DNA of 64,000 nt from sequence record NC_062582.1; one strand, 5' to 3'. This document shows positions 41,520 through 51,253 of this stretch, in pieces (within the stretch, counting starts at the first letter, position 1; each line of letters opens with the position of its first letter). The notes below the pieces were generated by a model that saw only the letters and a program-made list of their open reading frames with translations, ran no database searches and was not told where the DNA came from. Both the position numbers and the translations under genes were made by a program.

Positions 41520-43616
41520 ATGTCACTTCGCGATGAGTTGTACAAGATCTATCAAACTGTTACACCGCATGCAACCATTACCGTGCGTTGTCGTCGACAC
41601 CCGTCGCATTTGCGCATTGTTGCTAAAGCACGCAATCAGGCTCTTCGTCGCTATCATGTTCTCCCTCCTTTAGCTGAACATAATACCGACACAATTGTTT
41701 ATCGCAACTACATCGATTAAGGAGTTAAAAATGTCTAAGCTTTATATCTGGAAATGCAGTGTAGATAAAAGTAGTCATACCAAAGCAGAACTGGTTTATT
41801 TCCCGTCTTACTCTTACACGGATTCTTACGTAGTTGTAGCTGAAACAGCAGCCGAAGCTTTGTATTCTTTTAAAGCCCGTTGCATGGTTACCGATCACGA
41901 TGACGGTGAACCACTTGAAAAGGTACTTGAATACGTACATGACCAGCACCTCCCTATCACCGAAGCAGAACATAAAGACTTTCAGAAAAAGGTAGCCACG
42001 TGGCGAGATCCTGATGGTATTTATCCAGTACGATGGAACTGGGTAGCAGAACAAGTAACTCCTTACATTGGTAACAAATACCAAAACGGCGATGTGTTGT
42101 GCCGGTCTTATAACGCCGCTTAAGGAATTTTAAAATGATTGAGATCGAAGGTAAATGTTCTTTGGGCTGGAATGAGACTGTTGCTGTACTCATCGAAAAA
42201 CCCATGGAATTTGAAATGTATGTTCAGAGTCAGCGCTATGCACTGGCTGTAACCTACGGTACTAAACCGGACGAGTATCCTTATCTGATCGTGTGTGACT
42301 ATAACGAACAGGCGGAAGATCTCACGGTTACATTCATTACTCCCGATATGTTCACCCCAGAACAGCATCAGGTGATTAAAGATCAGTTGGAGATCAAACG
42401 ACTGCGTGATACTCTCGCCAGTCTGGAATCCGAGCTTCGTACCGCAGGTAACGCTGACCTGGGTATTTGGGGTCGTGAACGTGACCATCAGATGGCTAAA
42501 GCTTTCATCAAGATGGCAGATCATGCCCAAGCCACTTTGACTGCCACGCAATAGAAACCATTTAATAGCTATATCACTTATTTGAATCTAAACCATCTAA
42601 AAGGACAATACAAATGAAAAAGCTTTTTTCTGATTACAGTACTGTGACTCAACAAAGTTTTCTGATTGAGCACCATATCGACATCCACCTTGTTATCGAT
42701 CAACTCAAATCGGTTATCGATGTTGGGCATCTTCCTACCGAAGTTGTAATGGCTAAACATGTCCGTTTTGAAAATGGTCCTTTGCCGGAAGCATACCCGT
42801 ACGCAATCGTTGTTAATTGCGATGACGAAAGAAATACTTTGCGTGTTTCCGCAATTGATCTTGCGTCGTTCAATAACTCAGGTAAGTTGTATGAGTTCCG
42901 TCTGAAGAAGACTGACCTCACTAGCCCGTATACCTCCCGAGAATTTGATTATCAGGTTCCTGCCAGTAGCGCTTTCGATGCTCTATTTAAACTGGGCCAA
43001 ACTTATAACCGTGATGATGAGTATACACTCGAAGTATTGCATATCGGTCGAGTTAACTAAAACAACAGGAGTTGTCAATGCGTTGTATACCTGAGGAGCG
43101 CCTGAAACGTCGCCAGAGCGATAATAGAAAAGAAACCGCACAACGAGCCGCGATGTGGCTTACTATCTCCCTAGTGTTAATCTGGGCAGTTATGGAACTG
43201 TCCATTACAATTATCAAAAAGGTATGAACATGTCTGCTAAGCAAGTCTTTGATCTGAACCAAAAGTATAACGACCGTATTGCGTACCTGTTGCATAATCT
43301 CCCAAAGGAAGTAATGCCTGGCGTGGAACGTCATGTACTAACAGCGGCCCGTGATCTCTATATTGATTTCCTAGCTATGGAAAATAAAGTCAATATTGAC
43401 TATCTCGTATGGCTTGGCATCATTACCAAGTTCTATCGTTTCCAACCTCTGTTGGCGGTAGACCAAGACGATGTGCTGGCTAATCTGGCAGAGAAAATTA
43501 TCAACCACCCGAGTCTGGTAGATTACTTTAAACAGTATGTCGACACTGGTGTAGAACTGGACGTGTTACAACTACGTCTGTTCGTTGATAGTGTTAACAC
43601 TACACTCGCCGCTTAA
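41520..43616 (+). other. hypothetical CDS: 41520..41720, about 41731..42123, 42135..42554, 42614..43060, about 43078..43227 (TM, not in track), about 43230..43616
   Basis: SD-bearing contiguous ORFs; 41731..42123 is a paralog of 39612..39971. Confidence 0.65.
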
Positions 43617-43667
43617 CGGCATATCGCCCTCTCCTTCGGGAGAGGGCTTTATACCTTTATTTTTTTG
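43617..43667. terminator. bidirectional terminator at the + to - strand switch
   Basis: CGGCATA...GCCCTCTCC-TTCG-GGAGAGGGC-TTTATACCTTTATTTTTTT. Confidence 0.8.
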
Positions 43668-44573
43668 TTATGGTGTTACTTTACCAACATATTCAAAAAC
43701 GAGACAAGCTCTGTTTAATGCATCGGGGTTACTTTGAGAATAGCTGTTAGTGTAACCAGCGCCCCAGTCCAGTAAGTACACCGAGCTACCCGTAGTTGGC
43801 CTGTTCATCCAAGCCGTTGTTTGTCCCCAACCACCTGGCTCCAAAGCGGTATTAGCCCATAGATAACCTGGTGCACCTGTTTTCCAACCATTAAACATAG
43901 CGCGACCTGCACCTTCTAAGTCGTCCGTTTTGACTAAACGCACACGATACTCATAACCAAGAGCTTGCATCGTTTTACCCTGAGGTACAACTGGACCATC
44001 TCCTTGAAAAAAGGCTTTTGCTGTAGGTGTAAGTGCATCAAATTCGGCGTCATCCTTGAACACTAATCCCATGGTGTATAAGTTACGAATTGTAATTTGT
44101 GTGATCTGTCGACTATGTGGAAAATACATTACTCTACCATCGATAACATATTTAGAATAGTCGTACGGCCGAACAGCAAAGTCTACTTGGGCTTTTATAT
44201 CTGGAAACGCATCAAACAACGTATAGATATCTGGAAGTCCATCCAATGGACAAGTACCGAAATAACCAAGATCTGCATCGCCTGCAATTAAGTGGTCACA
44301 TTCTTTACCTTGAACAGAATAACCATTGTCCGTCCAAAGAATCAAAGAATGTAATTTACTGAAACGAGAACCCGTGGTAGTTACTGTTTCAACCATGTAA
44401 TAAAATCTTACGTTGTTTGGTAGTTCTCCTTCTTCATAAACAATTTCCTGTACCGTTACAATCTTTGGGTTGTCGGGTAATGTTTCCGGTGTGAAAGGCG
44501 TAGTTGAGTTATAAATACGCATCTCTTGAAAGATACCACTATCGTTAAAGTCAGCTGCGGTTACTTTTAACAT
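43668..44573 (-). CDS. virion structural protein, phiKZ gp131-like family
   Basis: FN3-like N-terminus (IYNSTTPF...FYYMVETV) then LIAGDADLGYFG...YSKYVIDGRVMYFP. Confidence 0.6.
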   Translation of the reverse strand: MLKVTAADFNDSGIFQEMRIYNSTTPFTPETLPDNPKIVTVQEIVYEEGELPNNVRFYYMVETVTTTGSRFSKLHSLILWTDNGYSVQGKECDHLIAGDADLGYFGTCPLDGLPDIYTLFDAFPDIKAQVDFAVRPYDYSKYVIDGRVMYFPHSRQITQITIRNLYTMGLVFKDDAEFDALTPTAKAFFQGDGPVVPQGKTMQALGYEYRVRLVKTDDLEGAGRAMFNGWKTGAPGYLWANTALEPGGWGQTTAWMNRPTTGSSVYLLDWGAGYTNSYSQSNPDALNRACLVFEYVGKVTP

Positions 44574-45466
44574 TATGCCTCTCCATCATCAAATGGCACA
44601 CGTGTATATTTGAGCGCCATTAAAACACCTGTGGCTCTTACCTCATTAATACCTACAATGGTATTGGTCGTTGTCAGTACTTTTGCATCATCTTTATTCA
44701 ACTCATTACCAATAAGATAACCAGTATTATTTATTGCAGATGTAATACCTGTATTTACACTACCTAAAGTACTAATCGCATTATGTGTCGCCCTAACGTT
44801 ATTTTGTTGTGGGTTAGACAATACATTCGTTCCGATATAAAGGAAATTCATAATGTCCGATTGCCAGATACCTGTTACGGGATCTACAGTTAAACCAGGA
44901 ACAACTACATCGAAATGATCTTTACCTATATTAAGACCTGTTAGATTAGCAGGGTCTAAATACTTTAATAATTTATCCCAATCTGTATTAGGATTTACGC
45001 GACAGACCTTATTAGGAATGTAGTAAATTTCACCACGGTACATAACTTTAAACCAGCGTAAAGTAACTGGTGTAGTCGCGGCAATATCTGCCACACCAAG
45101 TAATCGCTCGTAATCGTTAAGGTTCGGTAGGTTTGCAGGTTGTGCGTCTGAATTCAACACGTCCATAACCCCCAGGAAGCCATCACCGAGAACAATGCTT
45201 CTAGATCCAGGTCCATTGTAAGTCAGACCATCAAATTGAAATGGGTCCGACATTGACCAGTTGCCATTAGGAAATGTAGTTTTAATACGATACCAAATAG
45301 TTGGAGCCGTGTCGGGAACAGTATCGGTGTATTCTGTCTCGTTATTGGTTAATGTTACTACAAGTGTACCTGGACTTTCAATAGTCGTGTAGTGATCACT
45401 TCGGTAAATAACTAAAGTTTTTTGTTGGCCCGGATTTGCGTCAATCCAATGTAATTTAACTTTCAT
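44573..45466 (-). CDS. virion structural protein, paralog of 43668..44573
   Basis: LHWIDAN...IYRSD...TEYTDT...WYRI; GPGSRSIVLGDGFLGVM...WFKVMYRGEIYYIP. Confidence 0.6.
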   Translation of the reverse strand: MKVKLHWIDANPGQQKTLVIYRSDHYTTIESPGTLVVTLTNNETEYTDTVPDTAPTIWYRIKTTFPNGNWSMSDPFQFDGLTYNGPGSRSIVLGDGFLGVMDVLNSDAQPANLPNLNDYERLLGVADIAATTPVTLRWFKVMYRGEIYYIPNKVCRVNPNTDWDKLLKYLDPANLTGLNIGKDHFDVVVPGLTVDPVTGIWQSDIMNFLYIGTNVLSNPQQNNVRATHNAISTLGSVNTGITSAINNTGYLIGNELNKDDAKVLTTTNTIVGINEVRATGVLMALKYTRVPFDDGEA

Positions 45467-45479
45467 TATTCAATCCTTC

Positions 45480-45803
45480 TTAGCTGTCAAGCGCTAGAGT
45501 ATCTTTAAGTACAATACTCGGTTCAAGAGTATATTCTCTTGTAGTATAGACCGCACTGATTTTCTCAGGTAAGCCTCCAGGAAGTTCGATTGGCGCAGTG
45601 GTGTCGGCCAATACAAAACTAGGTTCGAGCGTGTATTGTCTGGTTGTATACAACCCTGTTATTTTAGCTGGGTTACCGCCAGGCAATTCGTTCGCCGCTG
45701 TAGTGTCAGCTAAGGCAATAGCTGGTACTGCATCTGGTGGATCATCGAATAAAATCGCTTGTATTTTATTTGGTCGATTAGCCACTAATAACATTTCAAA
45801 CAT
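45480..45803 (-). CDS. probable virion protein with internal tandem repeat
   Basis: Two copies of LADTTA..ELPGG.P.KI...YTTR.YTLEPS.VL; co-operonic with gp131-like genes. Confidence 0.55.
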   Translation of the reverse strand: MFEMLLVANRPNKIQAILFDDPPDAVPAIALADTTAANELPGGNPAKITGLYTTRQYTLEPSFVLADTTAPIELPGGLPEKISAVYTTREYTLEPSIVLKDTLALDS

Positions 45804-45835
45804 AAGTACCTCATTGTATCATGTTCATAACATGA

Positions 45836-45863
45836 CGGCATAAAGCCTCTCCATAGGAGAGGC
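45836..45863 (-). terminator. intrinsic terminator
   Basis: Reverse complement GCCTCTCC-TAT-GGAGAGGC-TTTATGCCG. Confidence 0.75.
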
Positions 45864-45873
45864 ATTTATAGCG

Positions 45874-47180
45874 TTAACCAACAGCAATCCAAAGATGGAT
45901 TCGATAACCTTTAATATCGATATAACGGGTCAACATATAATCACCCGTAACAGGTAATGTATGCTTAGGAGCTACACCAAATACTTCATGTGGAAGTGCT
46001 GCACAGTAACGCAAAACTTCACGGATAACAAAACGACGGCGACCTGGAGTTAGACGGGGGAAGTCTGTACGGAGTTGCTCGTTGATCGAATATTCGTAGT
46101 GTCTGATTGCACCGTAGATCATACCCACTCCTTATCTTCGAGAGCCTTACACAAGTCTTTCCACATGGTAATCGGTTCTCGAACAATCTGACTGTTTCGG
46201 GTAACTTCAATTGTCTTTTTATTATTATCGTTACGCAATTGGTACTCTATGTAATCCCGTGTCCATTTTACCTGCTGAGCACTCAGTCGATCGAAGTACT
46301 GTTCCCAGAAAAGTTTATGGTAATCCGGGTCGTAGGAGATACGAAAACCAATTGACCAAAGATCAAGACGAATGTAGGGTACATAGTCATGACGACCAAA
46401 CCAGCTAGTACGAATCATTTCGTTACCTGGTTCGAGTTTAATAACGGTGAGCTTAAAATCTTTAAACAGTTCTTTCAGGGAGCTTAGCATTCTCTATTTC
46501 CTCAAAAGCCTTAGTGATGATGTAACCGTGCTTACCAACCCACGAACGAGCGATGACACCATTAGCCTCGTTGGTGCAAATGCTGTTATGATCAGACCAT
46601 GCTAGAACAACAGAACGTTCGTAATAAAGATCCCGTTGCTTCTTCAAAGCCTGTACAATCTCAACGGTACCAGCAAGCATCAGTGTAAGGAAAATAGACT
46701 CTTCGAAAACTTGTTTGTCTCTTACCCAGTCATGTTGCTCTGGGGTAAAGTTACGAATGAAATCATGTTCTTCTGAAACTTGTGGTAGCAAATCGATAAG
46801 AAATTCAGGTAGATTTGTTTTATTTAACATTTGTTCCATGCCTCTAGTTGTTTAATATATTCTTGGATGATCCAGCCGTACTTACCTGAAAGTTCTTCCA
46901 TAGATGCCCAGTGAGTCATGCAGCGACTACTGTTCAATAAGGTTCTTTCGATGTCAGCTGTTTCGTTATTGTATCTACGGTCAAGTCGGTCTAAAATATA
47001 CAACCCATGCTCGCTAGCAAAATCACGAAGAGCGTTGTACAGGTTATATTCCTCCTGTTGTTTCTTATCCACGCCAGTAGTAAACGAGCCTTCATGGAAA
47101 ACATGGTAAGGTGAATACTTATTGTAATCATCAAACGGTACAGGTGGATTATTAATTAGGAATTTTGAAGTGTCTATCAT
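45874..47180 (-). other. four hypothetical CDS: 45874..46128, 46119..46490, 46462..46839, 46824..47180
   Basis: Overlapping - strand ORFs downstream of the radical SAM gene. Confidence 0.65.
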
Positions 47181-48067
47181 TTTAGGAATGTCCCACAGCT
47201 AGCCATTACGTCGGTACCTACCCGTGGAATTAATTTTACTTTCGATTCCGGTAAACGGTGTCGAATATATTCGTAAAGATTATTGACGACGAATTCCGTA
47301 GGTTCTTCTGATTTATCGTTAGGTGGATTATATCGGACTATATTCCAGTTGACATTTAATTTTGCGTCTTTAACCGCATCAATAATAGCGCCAACGTGTT
47401 GGATATTGTCATTCTCACCTTTAATAAAAGCGTAATGAATCTTTGGAGTTTTACCAGTCGCTAATTGCCACATGCTCAGATTAAATAAAGCCGAGTCCGG
47501 ATGAATAGCTTTTGGTAACCAACGACGGCGAAAGTTAGGATCAACTGAATAAATTGAGTAATAGATCTCTGGACGAATAACTCGAAAGATATCCTGAAGT
47601 GCGCGATGACCCATTTCCTCTGGAAAGATAGTGGAGATCAAGAACTTGACATTGAGACGATATTCCATAGCCATGTCACCAAGTCGTTCTAAAATCTCGT
47701 CGGCGTTATCAAGGAAAATCTTATTCGCTAAAGGTTCCCCACGGGCCATGAAATTGAAATGAACAAGATCAGCTTGTGGTTTCCCTTCCTGAACTTGTTT
47801 CCAATAGTACTCCAAAACTTCACGAGCCTGTTGCAGGTATTCTTCAATTGTTGTATCCCGTAGTTTAGTCTGACCAGTTGCTGTCAACCAACACATACGA
47901 CAAGCTTGTTTACAGCCTGTCTGGGACGAAAGATAAACAATGAAGTACTCGTCAACCCTACGTACGTAACGAGCCTCTAACATCCCTGGATGGTCTTCGA
48001 AGCGGTGTTCAAAGTTTACAGATTGATCAAGCTTTGACTGGTGTTGTTTAAAGATTAGTTCACCCAT
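47177..48067 (-). CDS. RlmN/Cfr-like radical SAM RNA methyltransferase (variant)
   Basis: SSQTGCKQACRMC (CxxxCxxC), FMARGEPLAN (cf. MGMGEP), C-terminal DVMASCG (cf. DIDAACG); lacks the N-terminal domain; Cys118 position is Tyr. Confidence 0.8.
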   Translation of the reverse strand: MGELIFKQHQSKLDQSVNFEHRFEDHPGMLEARYVRRVDEYFIVYLSSQTGCKQACRMCWLTATGQTKLRDTTIEEYLQQAREVLEYYWKQVQEGKPQADLVHFNFMARGEPLANKIFLDNADEILERLGDMAMEYRLNVKFLISTIFPEEMGHRALQDIFRVIRPEIYYSIYSVDPNFRRRWLPKAIHPDSALFNLSMWQLATGKTPKIHYAFIKGENDNIQHVGAIIDAVKDAKLNVNWNIVRYNPPNDKSEEPTEFVVNNLYEYIRHRLPESKVKLIPRVGTDVMASCGTFLK

Positions 48068-48068
48068 G

Positions 48069-48671
48069 TTAGTCTACCTGAATTTCGATATACACTTTAA
48101 CCTTTCCCACATTAACAATTGTGCGATTGGCGTATTGAGCGTGGTATGTAACAACCTTATCGATCCATACTTGATAAACGTCTTCCTTGCAGTCACGTAT
48201 AAAGTTGCTCGCTTTGTTGACAGTGTAACGCACTTTCTTATCATCGAACTGTGGGAATGCTTTACGGATTTGTTTTTCCATTTCTACGGTGTAGTCAGTC
48301 ATTGTATTTTCCTATTGTGCTTTAAAAGATACTGCTAGATGTTTATTGACAATAACATTCCATGTGAGGTAACTTTGACCAACCTGCCAGTAGTTAGCTC
48401 TTTGTTTCTGGATGTGCCAAACCATCTGTTCGGGTTTAGGAAGCAGTGCTTGAAGTTCCCTAAAGACTTGTTCAATCTTTGCCTCCATATCCCAATCCAT
48501 TAGGGTACCGTAGAGTTCAGGTCTGAAATGTTCTAAGGCCCATTGAGCAAGATGATTAATATTCTCATCTGTCAATCGACGATTGTGTAGACAGTGCTTT
48601 GCCAGAAAATCTTCAGGCAAATGGATACCACTTGATTCTGTTACTTGAAGATCTTCTGGTCTGCAAAGCAT
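48069..48671 (-). other. two hypothetical CDS: 48069..48302 and 48312..48671
   Basis: Contiguous - strand ORFs. Confidence 0.65.
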
Positions 48672-48672
48672 T

Positions 48673-49320
48673 TTAACCTACCCGTACTACGATGGTATCG
48701 TTATTGAAAGTTTCACCAACCCAACGGTTGAATGTATGATCTGTAATACCCTGATAATTCAGTGTAAAAGAAGCGTCGTCTACAAGAATGTATTTGATAG
48801 TCGATGCCGGTGTATCGATATATTTATCCCAAAGGTCATCCGTATTTCTGATTACATCACCTTTGTTATGGAGTACCACTGGATATAAAGAACCATTCTC
48901 ATGCACCGCGACTTTTAATGTCCCATCTTCATTACGATCATAAATTGTTTCTTCATAGGTCTCTACTTGACGATCTTTGATGATCTGATTAAGTATGCCT
49001 GAATTCATGTAGTGTCTCGGTAAGATAGCATTTGTACGCTTCACAAACTTCTCACCGATCACTTTCTCGATAGCTCGATCCTTACAGATGAACAATACTT
49101 CATCAACTCCGTGCTGTAATGCAAAATCTACAAGAGCATCGGTTTTACCACATTGTCTACCAACATAGAAACCAACCGTACGGTATTCCCGAACATCCGC
49201 ATGGGGTGGGTTTCGTGCATGGAGTCGATGTATCCAGTTCTCTTTTGTCTTGTCAATAAGAGCTTCGATGATTGAAGTATAAGCTACTTGAATTTTTGCT
49301 GGTGTAATAAAGTGATTCAT
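48673..49320 (-). CDS. stand-alone P-loop NTPase-like protein (terminase/helicase-type Walker motifs)
   Basis: VGFYVGRQCGKT and YILVDDA. Confidence 0.55.
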   Translation of the reverse strand: MNHFITPAKIQVAYTSIIEALIDKTKENWIHRLHARNPPHADVREYRTVGFYVGRQCGKTDALVDFALQHGVDEVLFICKDRAIEKVIGEKFVKRTNAILPRHYMNSGILNQIIKDRQVETYEETIYDRNEDGTLKVAVHENGSLYPVVLHNKGDVIRNTDDLWDKYIDTPASTIKYILVDDASFTLNYQGITDHTFNRWVGETFNNDTIVVRVG

Positions 49321-49389
49321 GTTAATTACCTTTTATTTCAATAAGTGCCCAATTGCACATATAGTGTCATGCCGGGTAATTATTGTAGA

Positions 49390-49417
49390 CGGCATAAAGC
49401 TCTCCTTGCGGAGAGCA
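49390..49417 (-). terminator. terminator downstream of the tRNA pair
   Basis: Reverse complement GCTCTCC-GCAA-GGAGAGC-TTTATGCCG. Confidence 0.8.
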
Positions 49418-49428
49418 CTATATTTGTT

Positions 49429-49517
49429 TGGCGGAGAGATAGAGATTCGAACTCTAGGGTCCCGATAGGACCTGCGGTTTTCAAGACCGCCGCCTTAAGC
49501 CACTCGGCCATCTCTCC
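49429..49517 (-). tRNA. tRNA-Ser(TGA)
   Basis: GGAGAGA acceptor, GCGGT-CTTGAAA-ACCGC anticodon arm, long variable arm, GTTCGAATC, encoded CCA. Confidence 0.95.
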
Positions 49518-49522
49518 TTATT

Positions 49523-49608
49523 TGGTACGGGATGCGAGACTCGAACTCGCACGCTCTAAGAGCAACAGATTTTAAGTCTGGTGTGTCTACCGATTCCACC
49601 AATCCCGT
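49523..49608 (-). tRNA. tRNA-Leu(TAA)
   Basis: ACGGGAT acceptor, CAGA-CTTAAAA-TCTG, variable arm, GTTCGAGTC, encoded CCA. Confidence 0.95.
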
Positions 49609-49614
49609 GAATGT

Positions 49615-50210
49615 GTCCAGCTCGTGAGATTGACGCCTCACTATAATTGTAGATCGCCGCTGGCGAAGCTTTTCATCCCTAAGTAAAGCCTACCCTGACG
49701 GCAACCATTTGGTCGCTAGAGGGAAAACCTTTTCATAGGGTCTATCTACCTTACTTACCTCTACATGGCTTCAGTACGATGGAGGGCAAGTAAATTGAAT
49801 TCGAGAGTAATCCACTTAAATACTTGGCAAACACATGCTCTTGTTAACCTGCATGCTGCTATCTAAGTCATTACTGTGGTCACGTGTATGGTCCGTGCGT
49901 ACCGCCTTTCGGCGCGTGCTCTTTAGAATGGTTGGTAGCAGGTACGGGACTATCACCTTCGTGGTTTACCTTTCCAGGTAATTCCCTGCTTCCGGTCGTA
50001 CACCTGGTACGAACAGCCCTTCTTCTCGCTTCAGGGAATGGCGTGACCTTTACAGAGCTATCCGTTTCAGCCATTTCTTCATAGGGGTGGGTCGCGGTTC
50101 CCTCGTCCATAGAGCTATAGCTCGATCTACAAATGTCTAAGGGTTGAGTAGGCACACCTATTTGACCACAGGTTAGTGGGTGCCTTTTGCTACACGGGAA
50201 GGTTAGTTCT
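49615..50210 (-). ncRNA. candidate large structured ncRNA (~595 nt) containing a 23S rRNA H18-H20-like module
   Basis: No credible ORF/RBS; many perfect hairpins; 10-bp long-range helix (50123-50132 with 49647-49656); directly upstream of tRNAs on the same strand. Confidence 0.75.
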
Positions 50211-50233
50211 CGTATACTATTACTATCTCAGTA

Positions 50234-50410
50234 CTATTTAACTGAATTACCGAACTGATCTTGGCTAAACCTTTTCAACATAGCTTCACGTACAGGACTT
50301 GGAATGTAACCTTCCAGTGGAATACACTCATCTGGTGGTGTTGGATGAGTCAGTGATTCGTCTACCCAACGTTCCGACAGTTTAACTAAGGCTTCTTTGA
50401 TCTCGCTCAT
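50234..50410 (-). CDS. hypothetical protein (58 aa, MSEIKEALVKLSERW..., not in track)
   Basis: Read manually; ATGA overlap with the upstream ORF. Confidence 0.55.
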   Translation of the reverse strand: MSEIKEALVKLSERWVDESLTHPTPPDECIPLEGYIPSPVREAMLKRFSQDQFGNSVK

Positions 50411-50670
50411 TCCGTCTTCCTTTCCATACGGATCTCTATGTCAATACCTTCTTTAAAGATAAAGTTCCAGGACTGTTTAACATGGTTATGTACCACATGT
50501 TTCAGATAAGGAATCGCTGTATGCAATTGTTGATACAATTCAAACTTAGTAATCGCTGTATTACCAAAGATATTTTTGATTGCTTCATCCGCATGTAACG
50601 CAAGGCGTGCAGTACTCAATGACTTATGGACTTCACGGTTTTCTTCGTAGACACTGGTTAGTTTTTTCAT
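50407..50670 (-). CDS. hypothetical protein (MKKLTSVYEE...)
   Basis: GGAAAG SD before the ATG at 50670. Confidence 0.6.
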   Translation of the reverse strand: MKKLTSVYEENREVHKSLSTARLALHADEAIKNIFGNTAITKFELYQQLHTAIPYLKHVVHNHVKQSWNFIFKEGIDIEIRMERKTE

Positions 50671-50683
50671 ATTATCTTTCCTA

Positions 50684-51145
50684 TTAAGATGCGAGGATAA
50701 CAAATGTATCGATACCAAAGTTATTAGCAACCCATTTGTAAAATGTCTTCTTCTTGCATCGACCATAGGTAAAAGCGGAGTCAGCATCTTCAAGGATGAT
50801 GTACTTGTAGCGTTTGGAACAAATTGCAAATTCCATTGGGATGGTGTGGATACGACGTGGGCCTTCAATAGTCAAATGACGCATGGCATTGTCTGGAATA
50901 TACCTCGACAGAAATGCATACGTATCATCATTCTTAGGAATAACCAACGTATCTGGATGACGCCTTACCCATTCTAAAATGAAAGCACTCTTACCCATGC
51001 CTCTACCGACGTGGAAACCTACTGACTGGTATTCACGGATAAGGTAATCAATTGGACGATCATAATCACCCGCGTCTTTGATATTTTGAACGACCACCGA
51101 TTTAGAATCGAGCATACTCTGAATAAAATCTACAAGTTTTGACAT
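50684..51145 (-). CDS. stand-alone P-loop NTPase-like protein, paralog of 48673..49320
   Basis: REYQSVGFHVGRGMGKS and YIILEDA. Confidence 0.55.
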   Translation of the reverse strand: MSKLVDFIQSMLDSKSVVVQNIKDAGDYDRPIDYLIREYQSVGFHVGRGMGKSAFILEWVRRHPDTLVIPKNDDTYAFLSRYIPDNAMRHLTIEGPRRIHTIPMEFAICSKRYKYIILEDADSAFTYGRCKKKTFYKWVANNFGIDTFVILAS

Positions 51146-51222
51146 GATTGTTGCCCTTTAATAGTGAAGAACGAAATTGTTCTACATATGGTCTACAGCC
51201 GAGTAAAAGCTTTAGACGGTAT

Positions 51223-51248
51223 AAACGGAAACCCGAAGGCTTCCGTTT
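51223..51248 (-). terminator. terminator after tRNA-Asn
   Basis: Reverse complement AAACGGAAGCC-TTCG-GGTTTCCGTTT. Confidence 0.7.
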
Positions 51249-51253
51249 AGAAT

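Noticed and set aside
49345-49575. ORFs 49345..49575 (+) and 51102..51314 (-)
   Set aside because: They are translations of tRNA genes (typical RDSNSR / GSNPG artefacts).
49937-49990. A true rRNA gene or contaminating rRNA fragment
   Set aside because: Only a 54-nt module matches closely, its stems are rewritten, and the flanks are phage-specific; not annotated as rRNA.
49880-50155. ORFs 49880..50155 (-) and 49884..50084 (+) in the track
   Set aside because: No SD, atypical composition, and they overlap a region better explained by RNA helices and an rRNA-like motif.
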